64,000 bases of DNA from a virus (lineage: Duplodnaviria; Caudoviricetes). Below the pieces are notes generated by a model. It saw only the letters and a list, made by a program, of their open reading frames with translations. It searched no databases and was not told the DNA's origin. Location of the stretch: the IMG/VR virus record IMGVR_UViG_2840949845_000002, positions 22,434 through 86,433 of that record, one strand, 5' to 3'. Below are positions 1-7,459 of this stretch, one piece after another. The translations under genes and the position numbers were made by a program. Position 1 is the stretch's first letter. The number at the start of each line of letters is the position of its first letter.

Positions 1-1127
1 CGCGGCGGGGCGTAGGGGATGCCGAACTGCTTCACGATGACCTGGCGCAGCGTCTCGTCTTCGCCGGTCATCTCGAATTCGCGCTCCGCCTTGGCCTTGG
101 CGCGGGCGAGCGCGCCGATGCCGCCCAAAACGAAAGGCGACATCGTGCCGGTGATCCAGAACCCGGCGGTGGCGCGCCGCGCCCGTTCGCCGGTGACGAC
201 GCCGTCCTCCGCGATGGTTTGGCCGTCCCCCACCCAGCGACCGCTGGCGAGCATGCCACGGCGTTCCGCGTCGCTGATCCGGCATTGGCTGACCGGGCAC
301 AGCAAGCGGGCTTCGGCCTCGATGTCGTCGAGCGTGCCCTCCTCCGGGTAGTCCAGCGCCATGACGCGGGCCGCGATCGGCGCCGGTGACGACCAGGCCC
401 CGCAATGCGGACAGCGCCAGTACCAGACCCGCCGGTCGCTGTCGGCGTACATGGCCATGATTCCCTCCGACCAGTCGCGGGCGGGATTCATGCCCTTGGC
501 CTTGTCGGGGTGGCTCACGGCCAGGATCATCGACTGCCGACCGAAGGTCTGGCGGCGGATGTCCAGCAGGGCCTTGACGTCGCCCATCTCGCCATAGGCG
601 TCGATCTCGTCGGCGACGATGCGCGGCGCGGACTTGTTGATCAGGTTGCGCTTGGTCGCAGGCAGGAACTCCGCGCGCATGGTGCGGAAATTCTTGAAGT
701 GCAGGCTGTCGTCGACCGACCGCGTCCCAAGGCGGGACGCCATGTCCTCATGCGCCTCGATCATCGGGTTGATGCGCGACTTGACGTAGGCCTCCACCGC
801 CTGGTCGGTCTGCATGTACCAAAGCAGGTTGGCCGGGTCCGACGCGACGGCGTGCAGCAGCCAATTCTCCGCGATGGTGGTCTTCGCGCTCTGGCCCGGC
901 CCGATCACGGCGACGGTCAGGTGATCCAGCGAGGTCAGGCACTCCATCGGCTCGACGACGTAGGGCACCTGGTCGTTGCGCCATTTGCCGACAAAGCCGC
1001 CGCCCTCGTTGGCCAGCACCCGCCGCATCTCGGCGAACTCCGCCACAGTCCGACGCTCTGGGGGCTTCAGGGCGGCCAGGGCCTCCTCGGCCAAGACCCA
1101 AGCCGACGCGAACTCAGGTTCGGTCAT
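1..1127 (-). CDS. Phage terminase large subunit, GpA family (runs off the window edge)
   Basis: Manual translation from ATG at 1127: MTEPEFASAW...VIGPGQSAKTT (Walker A)...RIVADEID (Walker B)...WYWRCPHCG; absent from the ORF track because it has no stop in the window. Confidence 0.9.
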   Translation of the reverse strand, partial: MTEPEFASAWVLAEEALAALKPPERRTVAEFAEMRRVLANEGGGFVGKWRNDQVPYVVEPMECLTSLDHLTVAVIGPGQSAKTTIAENWLLHAVASDPANLLWYMQTDQAVEAYVKSRINPMIEAHEDMASRLGTRSVDDSLHFKNFRTMRAEFLPATKRNLINKSAPRIVADEIDAYGEMGDVKALLDIRRQTFGRQSMILAVSHPDKAKGMNPARDWSEGIMAMYADSDRRVWYWRCPHCGAWSSPAPIAARVMALDYPEEGTLDDIEAEARLLCPVSQCRISDAERRGMLASGRWVGDGQTIAEDGVVTGERARRATAGFWITGTMSPFVLGGIGALARAKAKAEREFEMTGEDETLRQVIVKQFGIPYAPP

Positions 1128-1785
1128 CCCGCAACGCCTTTTGAAGGTCGATCACCATTTGGCCGCGCAGATCGTCGACCAGTTCCCGCAACACCGGCAG
1201 GGCGTCCTCGTCCAGGCCGAGCCGCTTGACCATCAAGACGGGGATGCCGTCGATCCCCTTGGACAGGCGAGACAGCAGGGTGGCCAGCACCGTGCGCATC
1301 TCCTCCGCCTCCACCAACTCATCCCGAGAAAGGCGGAGCTTGTCCTCCAGCATCGCCGCCTGGGCGGCGTCCTTGCGCTGCTTGGCCGTGCTCTCACCGG
1401 CGTGCTGGGCGGGCGCTCGCCGACGCGCCGGGGGCGGGTCATCGTCGATCTCCTCCAGGTCGACATCGACATCGTCGCTCGGCGGAGGCGGCGCCGGGCG
1501 ACGTGGCGGCGGTCGGGGCCGGGCGGATCGGGGAGGAGGAGCGGGTGGCTCCTCTGGATCCAGATAGGCCCGGACCGCCGCCAGATCGAACTCCCAACCA
1601 CCGGCTTTCGTGCCGCGCGTCACCACCGGGAAGCGGGCGTCGGACTCCAGCCGCCGGTCCAGCTTGGGCCGGGTCCAGCCCAGCGCTTCCGCCAGGGCCG
1701 CTTTCCCGATCATCGCGGCGGGCGTGTAACGCGGCGGTGTAACGCCGGTCGATCCGGGCGTTACACGCTTCGCAGATGAGTGCAT
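1114..1785 (-). CDS. Terminase small subunit (Nu1/DUF1441-like)
   Basis: N-terminal winged HTH (KAALAEALGWTRPKLDRR...WEFDLAAV), coiled C-terminus with ELV motif, overlaps the terL start; true start may be slightly downstream. Confidence 0.8.
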   Translation of the reverse strand: MHSSAKRVTPGSTGVTPPRYTPAAMIGKAALAEALGWTRPKLDRRLESDARFPVVTRGTKAGGWEFDLAAVRAYLDPEEPPAPPPRSARPRPPPRRPAPPPPSDDVDVDLEEIDDDPPPARRRAPAQHAGESTAKQRKDAAQAAMLEDKLRLSRDELVEAEEMRTVLATLLSRLSKGIDGIPVLMVKRLGLDEDALPVLRELVDDLRGQMVIDLQKALRDDRT

Positions 1786-1839
1786 TGATTTCGCTCCGCT
1801 TTTTCCCTCCTGCGGGAGCGTGTAACGGACCGTGTAACA
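1724..1839. repeat. Five GTGTAAC(G/A) motifs in both orientations; candidate cosB/R-type terminase binding sites
   Basis: gtgtaacg 1724-1731, 1737-1744, 1820-1827; cgttacac 1759-1766; gtgtaaca 1832-1839. Confidence 0.55.
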
Positions 1840-1869
1840 CGTTTTTTTTGCTCAACGAGAGCCAGAGCC

Positions 1870-1915
1870 TGCGGTGTGCAATGCCCGCGTGTGCCAACCC
1901 CCTTGGGAAGGACCC
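1870..1915 (-). other. Putative cos region (cosQ plus cosN candidate)
   Basis: GGGTCCT (identical to lambda cosQ) on - strand at 1915-1909, then a gcgg-N10-ccgc dyad at 1871-1888 about 20 bp further on, just upstream of terS. Confidence 0.55.
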
Positions 1916-1943
1916 ATTGAGGGGGGCGCCCCCTCCGGCCCCA

Positions 1944-2651
1944 TCACTTCCTTGCTGTCGCCAGAGCCGCGCCCATGGCCTTGTCGAACTCGGCCTTCAG
2001 CGAGGCCCGCACCACGTCCTTGGCCCGCTCGCTGTAGCCCAGGCGCTGCTTGACGGGCAGCGCGTCGCCGAACCGGACCAGCAGCTTCAGCCCGGTCAGC
2101 ACGCCGTCCACCTTCCGCAGCTTGCCCTTGGTCCCGTAATCGCGCCAATAGCCGCGCTTGGGGTCCGCCCGCCGGTAGTCCCGCTTCGGTCGCCGCCAGA
2201 CCCCGCTGACCGTCTGGCCAGAGCGGAAGTTGATGGTCCCGACGAAGGTGTCGGGCCGGGCGGCCAACCGGCGGAGCTTGCCCTTGGGCAGGTTGCCGTA
2301 CTGGTTCAGATCGACCGCCTTCGGGTTGAACAGCGTGCCGCCTCGCTTGGAAGGCGGCAGGTGATGCTGACCGCCCGTCTCGAAGGGTTCCAGATACTGC
2401 GCCGCGATGTCCTTGACGAAGACCGTGGCCGTCAAGTCCGCCTTCTTCGCCGCCGTCACGCCGATCGAGCGCTGCGTGAACAGCGTCGGTCGGTCAAAGA
2501 CTTCGCTGAGAGCATCCTTTTCGGCCCTTTGGACCCGCTTCGCCACGGCGGTCAAGGCGCGGGCGGTTGCAAAGGGAATTTGCTTCTTGGCCAGATCGCT
2601 CAGCGTTGTCTGAAGCGGCTTCAGGTCCGCTTTGACATCGATGTCAAACAC
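1944..2651 (-). CDS. Conserved phage protein upstream of terminase (tail-completion/gpZ-like)
   Basis: 235 aa basic ORF, KQIPFATARALT...VFDRPT motif common upstream of GpA-type terminases. Confidence 0.6.
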   Translation of the reverse strand: MFDIDVKADLKPLQTTLSDLAKKQIPFATARALTAVAKRVQRAEKDALSEVFDRPTLFTQRSIGVTAAKKADLTATVFVKDIAAQYLEPFETGGQHHLPPSKRGGTLFNPKAVDLNQYGNLPKGKLRRLAARPDTFVGTINFRSGQTVSGVWRRPKRDYRRADPKRGYWRDYGTKGKLRKVDGVLTGLKLLVRFGDALPVKQRLGYSERAKDVVRASLKAEFDKAMGAALATARK

Positions 2652-2657
2652 AGCCCT

Positions 2658-2900
2658 TCACCGTTCACCCGTGAACGATTCCGCCAGCCGGTTCCGTCGG
2701 CGGCGGTCGCGAAAATCCAAGGCCAACAGAACCAACCGGCCAAGGACGAGAACCACCGTGCCCCAGAACGCCAGCTCCTGGGCTGGACCGCGCAGCGCGT
2801 CCAACCACAGCCCCATCGTCGAGAACAAAGCGACGATCACCCCGTCGACCGTAGCCCGACCGTTGAGACCGTGCACCAGGTCATCCAGTTGCATGGTCAT
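2658..2900 (-). CDS. Small two-TM membrane protein, holin-like
   Basis: Two hydrophobic segments, very basic tail RDRRRRNR, dual Met start MTMQ, AGGAG RBS. Confidence 0.45.
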   Translation of the reverse strand: MTMQLDDLVHGLNGRATVDGVIVALFSTMGLWLDALRGPAQELAFWGTVVLVLGRLVLLALDFRDRRRRNRLAESFTGER

Positions 2901-3688
2901 GCCGCATTCTCCTTGACCAGCCCGGCCAGTCGCTTCCAACCCGCCTCGAAATAGCGCTCGTCCCGCTCGACGCCGATGAAGCGGCGGCCACTCGACAGCG
3001 CCGCCTCCCCAGTCGAGGCGCTACCCGCGAAGCAGTCCAGAACGGTCTCGCCAACCGGGCACAGCGTGCCGATCAGGTCGGTCAGCAGCCCCACCGGCTT
3101 CTCCGTCGGATGCAGCCCCTTCCGCACCGGCGGATGACGCAGGATGTTGGCCATGTCGCGGCGCAGCGGCGGGTCGCCCTTGCCCTTGCTGAAATGGTGG
3201 ATCAGCTCGTGCTGAAGCCGGAAATGCGTCCCCATCCCGAAATAGGTTTTGTCCCACACCAGCAGCCCGACCCGACGCAGATCGGCGCTCTCCATCGCGT
3301 CCCCGGCGGCCCCGCGCAGCCACAGATCGTCCGGCGCGCCGGGATCCACCGCGTCGGCCAAATGGTCGCCCATCCGCCAATCGATGAAGCACAGGGCGTG
3401 GCCGCCGGGCTTCAGCACGCGCCGCCATTCCAGCGCGCAGCCCCGCAGCAGATGCAGGAAGCCCCGCGTGCTGAGACTGTCCGACCCGAACCACCGGGCC
3501 GGATCGCCTTTGGTCGAGCGAGTCATGGTCTTACCTAAAGCGGTGCGTCCGGCCTCGCTCGTCGCCCCGCTTGAATAAGGCACGTCGGTCAGAACCAGCG
3601 AGACGGAAGCGTCGTCCAGTTCCCGCATCCGTTCGATGCAGTCGCCCAACATCAGCGTCGCCGCGCCAACGGTCACAGTGTGAAGCAT
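2897..3688 (-). CDS. N6A/N4C DNA methyltransferase (beta class), orphan
   Basis: GDC...TDVPY (motif IV), HPTEKP, VLDCFAGSAST (motif I), GRRFIGVE. Confidence 0.85.
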   Translation of the reverse strand: MLHTVTVGAATLMLGDCIERMRELDDASVSLVLTDVPYSSGATSEAGRTALGKTMTRSTKGDPARWFGSDSLSTRGFLHLLRGCALEWRRVLKPGGHALCFIDWRMGDHLADAVDPGAPDDLWLRGAAGDAMESADLRRVGLLVWDKTYFGMGTHFRLQHELIHHFSKGKGDPPLRRDMANILRHPPVRKGLHPTEKPVGLLTDLIGTLCPVGETVLDCFAGSASTGEAALSSGRRFIGVERDERYFEAGWKRLAGLVKENAA

Positions 3689-3732
3689 GGAGATAATCCC
3701 GGTTTGCGTGCCCGGCGATCCGCCGACGCGGA

Positions 3733-4392
3733 TCAGGCGTTGGCCAGATCGAGCGTGATCGCTCGCCATGGCGATTCTTGGGAATCACGGCGGTAAAAGC
3801 GGACGTAGGTCTTGGTCCCCTCGACGCGGATGCTGTCGGAAATCGCGTCCATCGCCTGGCGCCACCGATCATCCGTGATGTCGACCCGACGCAACGCGAA
3901 GATTTTCTCCCGCGACACCTGCCCCTCTTTGTCGACGGAAAAGGCGTGATCCACCAGAACGCGGATGTTCGCGTTCACCCCCTGGCTCCAATCGCCGATG
4001 CATTCGTCAATCAAACCCTTGGCGATTTGCAGTTGCGGGCCGAACGTCATGTGATCCGCGACGGCAACCTGCACCTTGAGCTTTCCGTCCAGGCTCGTGA
4101 AGGTCATGTTTCCTTTTTTGCCGCCGCGCTTCGCTTTGTACTGATCCGTCAAAATCGCCAGGAAAGCGCCCACCTCGCTGAACACCGTCGATTTGAACGC
4201 GGCGATCAATCCCGACAGGGAATCCGCCTGATTCAGCAGATCGCGGACCAACTGGTCTTCCAGAAGATCCTGCGCTTTCACCAGCCGCGCCGGAATCATC
4301 CGGCCCCGCGCATCCTCGTAATAATCGGGGCGCGCCACCTCCGGCGTTACACCGACCTTGACGGTTTCCAATTGTGGAGCCGACTGAGACAT
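3733..4392 (-). CDS. DUF3164 family protein
   Basis: GGKKGNMTFTSLDG...LQIAKGLIDEC...W..AMDAI.DS...KTYVRFY...ITLDLA signature. Confidence 0.8.
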   Translation of the reverse strand: MSQSAPQLETVKVGVTPEVARPDYYEDARGRMIPARLVKAQDLLEDQLVRDLLNQADSLSGLIAAFKSTVFSEVGAFLAILTDQYKAKRGGKKGNMTFTSLDGKLKVQVAVADHMTFGPQLQIAKGLIDECIGDWSQGVNANIRVLVDHAFSVDKEGQVSREKIFALRRVDITDDRWRQAMDAISDSIRVEGTKTYVRFYRRDSQESPWRAITLDLANA

Positions 4393-4467
4393 CGTTGTAA
4401 TCCTTGATGTTTTTCGTGATGCGCGGGCGGAGCGTGTAACGACGATTGGTCGACCGTGTAACGTTTC

Positions 4468-4497
4468 AGCTTGCGATAATCATCCTTTTCGCAAGCT
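4468..4497. other. Putative tyrosine recombinase crossover site (12-6-12 inverted repeat)
   Basis: agcttgcgataa-tcatcc-ttttcgcaagct, one mismatch between arms, 33 bp from the recombinase stop codon. Confidence 0.65.
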
Positions 4498-4530
4498 CAG
4501 CTTTACGCTCTGAGGTGCTGAGCGGCTCCG

Positions 4531-5532
4531 TCAGTCTTCAGCGACCAAACAAGCGGTTTGACCGGCCAAATCGGCCCTGTTGTCGTCATAGCGCAGGGTC
4601 ACGCGCGGGTCTCGATGACGTGCGAAACTCTGTACGGCCCGAATGTTGCCGTTTGTTGCATCCAATGCGCTGGTGATAGCGGCATGGCGCAAGCCGTGCG
4701 GTCTCGTCTGGATCCCGATATCCTCACCAAGCAGCCGCACAATCTGGTGGACAGCCGTGCCCGTCAGACGGCCATCGCCTGCACCGGCATTGTCCAACCG
4801 GAAGAAGATTGGGCCGGGCTGACGACCGCGCACATCGATCCAACTATCCAGCGCCGCTTTGGTGGCGGCCGGCAGCGTGATCGTTTCGCGCTGGTGACGC
4901 CCTTTACCCAGAATCGACAGCGTGGCAGTTGCCGGGTCATAGTGCTCCATATTGAGGGACACCACTTCACCACGCCGCAGCGCCGTATCGTGCAACAACC
5001 GAACAATGGCAGTATCTCGCACTCCCTTGGCGTCTGCCCGATCCTGCGCATGGTTGAGGATCGCGCGCACCCCATCCCGGCCTGGGCCGCGTGTGTCGCG
5101 GTATGAGGCACCATCGACGTTCTCCACTTCAAGATCCCAGCTGACCAGGCCAATCGTGGCGCCCAGCTTGACGAGTGAACGCAGAGCAGCGAGCCGACGA
5201 TTGATGGTCGCAGGTGACAGCCCACGCGCCAGCAGCGCCGACCGATAGCCGAGTGCAAGAGCGTTGGCTTGACCAGCAGAGAGGCCCAGCAGCTCGCGGG
5301 CGACACGATCAACGGTATCGGCATACACCGCCATACCAGGTTGGCCTGCGACGAATGCTCGGAAATCCTCCAGATCGCGGCGGTAAGCCGCGATGGTATT
5401 GGCCTTTCGACCGGCCAAAAAGCTGTCGATCAACCGCTCTTGCAGAGCGCCGATGGGCAAGGCATCGCCAAGCCCGACCGGCACCCTGGCAGGCACTGTA
5501 CCGTCGGAGCGCGCATCAATATCATTGTGCAT
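4531..5532 (-). CDS. Tyrosine recombinase (XerC/Cre-like resolvase type)
   Basis: SAM-like N-domain (TINRRLAALRSL); catalytic R (ALRRGE), K (GKG), HGLRH, RH, LRY. Confidence 0.9.
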   Translation of the reverse strand: MHNDIDARSDGTVPARVPVGLGDALPIGALQERLIDSFLAGRKANTIAAYRRDLEDFRAFVAGQPGMAVYADTVDRVARELLGLSAGQANALALGYRSALLARGLSPATINRRLAALRSLVKLGATIGLVSWDLEVENVDGASYRDTRGPGRDGVRAILNHAQDRADAKGVRDTAIVRLLHDTALRRGEVVSLNMEHYDPATATLSILGKGRHQRETITLPAATKAALDSWIDVRGRQPGPIFFRLDNAGAGDGRLTGTAVHQIVRLLGEDIGIQTRPHGLRHAAITSALDATNGNIRAVQSFARHRDPRVTLRYDDNRADLAGQTACLVAED

Positions 5533-5641
5533 GAGCGAATCCAGCCAGCCCAGACAGCAGAAGACCCGCGTGGCCGTAGCCAGCGGGTCTTCATTTGGGC
5601 GGAATTTGTCCGCCTCAGTATGTCAATGGATTAACTTCCTA

Positions 5642-6427
5642 TCAAGGCATTTGTTCCCACGGTCGAGCGAGCGCGAGCAACCCTGAAATCCGGTGATCCT
5701 GCAATCGACCCGCGAGCAGTCCCATCAACCGCGTCAGCCCATCGTGCCACTCGGCATAGTCGCAGTTCGTTTCGATGATCTCCGCGTCGCTGTGCTCCGG
5801 TTCCACCGGGCACCAGCGCACCAACAGCTCTCGCCCGTCGTCCACCGCGCGAAAGCGGAATCCGTTTTCCTCTTCCACCAACCGCCGACGGCCTTGCGCG
5901 TCGAACAGAGACCGACCGCAGGCCAGATAACGCGCAGCGACCTCCGACCGCAGCGGCGTCGGCTGCCATTCCTCGGCCACTTCATGGCGGTAGCGGCCTG
6001 GCCGATCCGATGGCCGCATCGCCGCGACCAACGGCTGCTGAAGCGGCAACCAGTCCGGGCGCGTGCCGATGGAACCATGAGACCGGACCAACCGTCGTTC
6101 GCCGCTGGGCAACGCTTCAATGGCGGTTGCGACGGCCTCGGCGTCGGGGGCCAAACGTGGAGCAATCCCCCGCGTTGGCCCTTTCCCGTCCAGACGGGCG
6201 CCAATCGCCCCGATCGCTGCGACACGCACGCAGCTGTCCACGCCCCAACTGCCGGGATAGTCGGCGCCCGACAAGCGGCGGCGCTGGTTGCCGATGGCGA
6301 ACTGTGCGGCGGCCTCAACCACATGCAGCGTCGCTCCATCACGCAGGGCCTTCTGGTCGCGGCACGCCCAGACCACAAGGTCTTCCAGGTCAATAGACCG
6401 CTTGGGGGAATGGCAGGCGACGGCCAT
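5642..6427 (-). CDS. Phage hypothetical protein at the late-regulator (Q-like) position
   Basis: 261 aa, IDLEDLVVWA N-terminus and Y.EWHDGL C-terminus; heads the late gene block; function inferred from position only. Confidence 0.5.
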   Translation of the reverse strand: MAVACHSPKRSIDLEDLVVWACRDQKALRDGATLHVVEAAAQFAIGNQRRRLSGADYPGSWGVDSCVRVAAIGAIGARLDGKGPTRGIAPRLAPDAEAVATAIEALPSGERRLVRSHGSIGTRPDWLPLQQPLVAAMRPSDRPGRYRHEVAEEWQPTPLRSEVAARYLACGRSLFDAQGRRRLVEEENGFRFRAVDDGRELLVRWCPVEPEHSDAEIIETNCDYAEWHDGLTRLMGLLAGRLQDHRISGLLALARPWEQMP

Positions 6428-6430
6428 GGT

Positions 6431-6727
6431 TTAAGCCGCCGTGCCCAAGGGAGCCGACTGGCTCAACGTCGGCCCCATCAACCGCAGGATGCCCGCCACC
6501 AGGGTGTCGATGGCCTCCATCGGGATCAGGCTGGGGTCGATCCGCCCGGTGTCCTGGATGTAGCGGGCCTTGGCGAACAGATCGTCGGGCGAAACGATCT
6601 CGCCTTGGGACAAAAGACGCTCCTCGTATCCCATGATCGCGTCGACCTCTTCGGCCTCGGCGAAGGGCGCGCGCCCTTGATAGGCCATAAAGACGGGAAG
6701 CAGCGGCACGGCGGTGGACATGGACAA
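6431..6727 (-). CDS. Hypothetical protein
   Basis: 98 aa ORF, GGAGG RBS, 3 nt from the next gene. Confidence 0.6.
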   Translation of the reverse strand: MSMSTAVPLLPVFMAYQGRAPFAEAEEVDAIMGYEERLLSQGEIVSPDDLFAKARYIQDTGRIDPSLIPMEAIDTLVAGILRLMGPTLSQSAPLGTAA

Positions 6728-6880
6728 CCTCCCGAATTTCCCGCAGCGGGTTGGAAACAGCCAGAATCTAGGATTGTTTGCCCATAGATATTACCAATTC
6801 CTTTCGGATCATTACCATGATGGGAATTTATCTTTCTTCTGGTCTTTCAAGCCGCCGGAACCTCCTGTCAACCCACCAAT

Positions 6881-6895
6881 GTTCTTGAGAAGTTC
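6881..6895. promoter_or_regulatory. Alphaproteobacterial LexA (SOS) box
   Basis: GTTC-ttgagaa-GTTC (GTTC-N7-GTTC) upstream of the umuC fragment; TTGACA on the - strand at 6871-6866. Confidence 0.7.
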
Positions 6896-6942
6896 TTATT
6901 TTGAGTCATCCTGACGAACCCTGTCAGTCCACGGAGGACGCC

Positions 6943-7269
6943 GTGTGCGAACCGCAATCGCCACCGGCGCGGCCCGGCGCATCGGGCGCGGCCCGGCGCA
7001 TCGGGCGCGACGGCTTCCCGTTCGCCAAGGCGGGGGTGATCCTGTCCGGCCTGCTGCCGGTGGCGAATCGGCAACCCGATCTGCTGAACGCCGCCGACCG
7101 GCAACGCGGCGCCCGGCTGATGGCGGCGCTCGACACCATCAACCAGCGGATGGGGCGGGACACGCTGGCGCCCGCCGCCACCATGGGCCGGGCGTGGCGC
7201 ATGCGGCAGGAACAGCGGTCGCCCAGCTACACCACCAAACTGGACGATGTGCCGGTGGCGCGCGCCTGA
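6943..7269 (+). pseudogene. umuC: UmuC / Y-family Pol V C-terminal fragment (DUF4113)
   Basis: FAKAGVILSGL...QPDLL...LMAALDTINQRMGRDTL...WRMRQEQRSPSYTT; polymerase core missing; GGAGG RBS before GTG 6943. Confidence 0.75.
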
Positions 7270-7459
7270 GTCGCTCGGCGGCCAGCTTGCGGGTGATTTT
7301 TCATCGGCGGTCAAACCAAAGCTGCGATATTGTGCGTGAGCCTATCCTTTGGCGATAGCTCCTGTGTATTTAAGCAATCCATGCTTTTGAGTAAGCGGAA
7401 GACATTCTGGGTGATGCCGGCGGATCGGAAACGATCCATCTATTTTTCGAGGTGATGTC

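Noticed and set aside
1724-1839. Short repeats as a CRISPR array
   Set aside because: 8-bp units, mixed orientation, irregular spacing, no cas genes
2897-3688. Restriction-modification system
   Set aside because: No adjacent endonuclease; orphan phage methyltransferase
4531-5532. Second integrase marking a separate integrated element or satellite
   Set aside because: No arm-binding domain or adjacent xis; embedded co-directionally among late genes with a single flanking site, which fits a resolvase better
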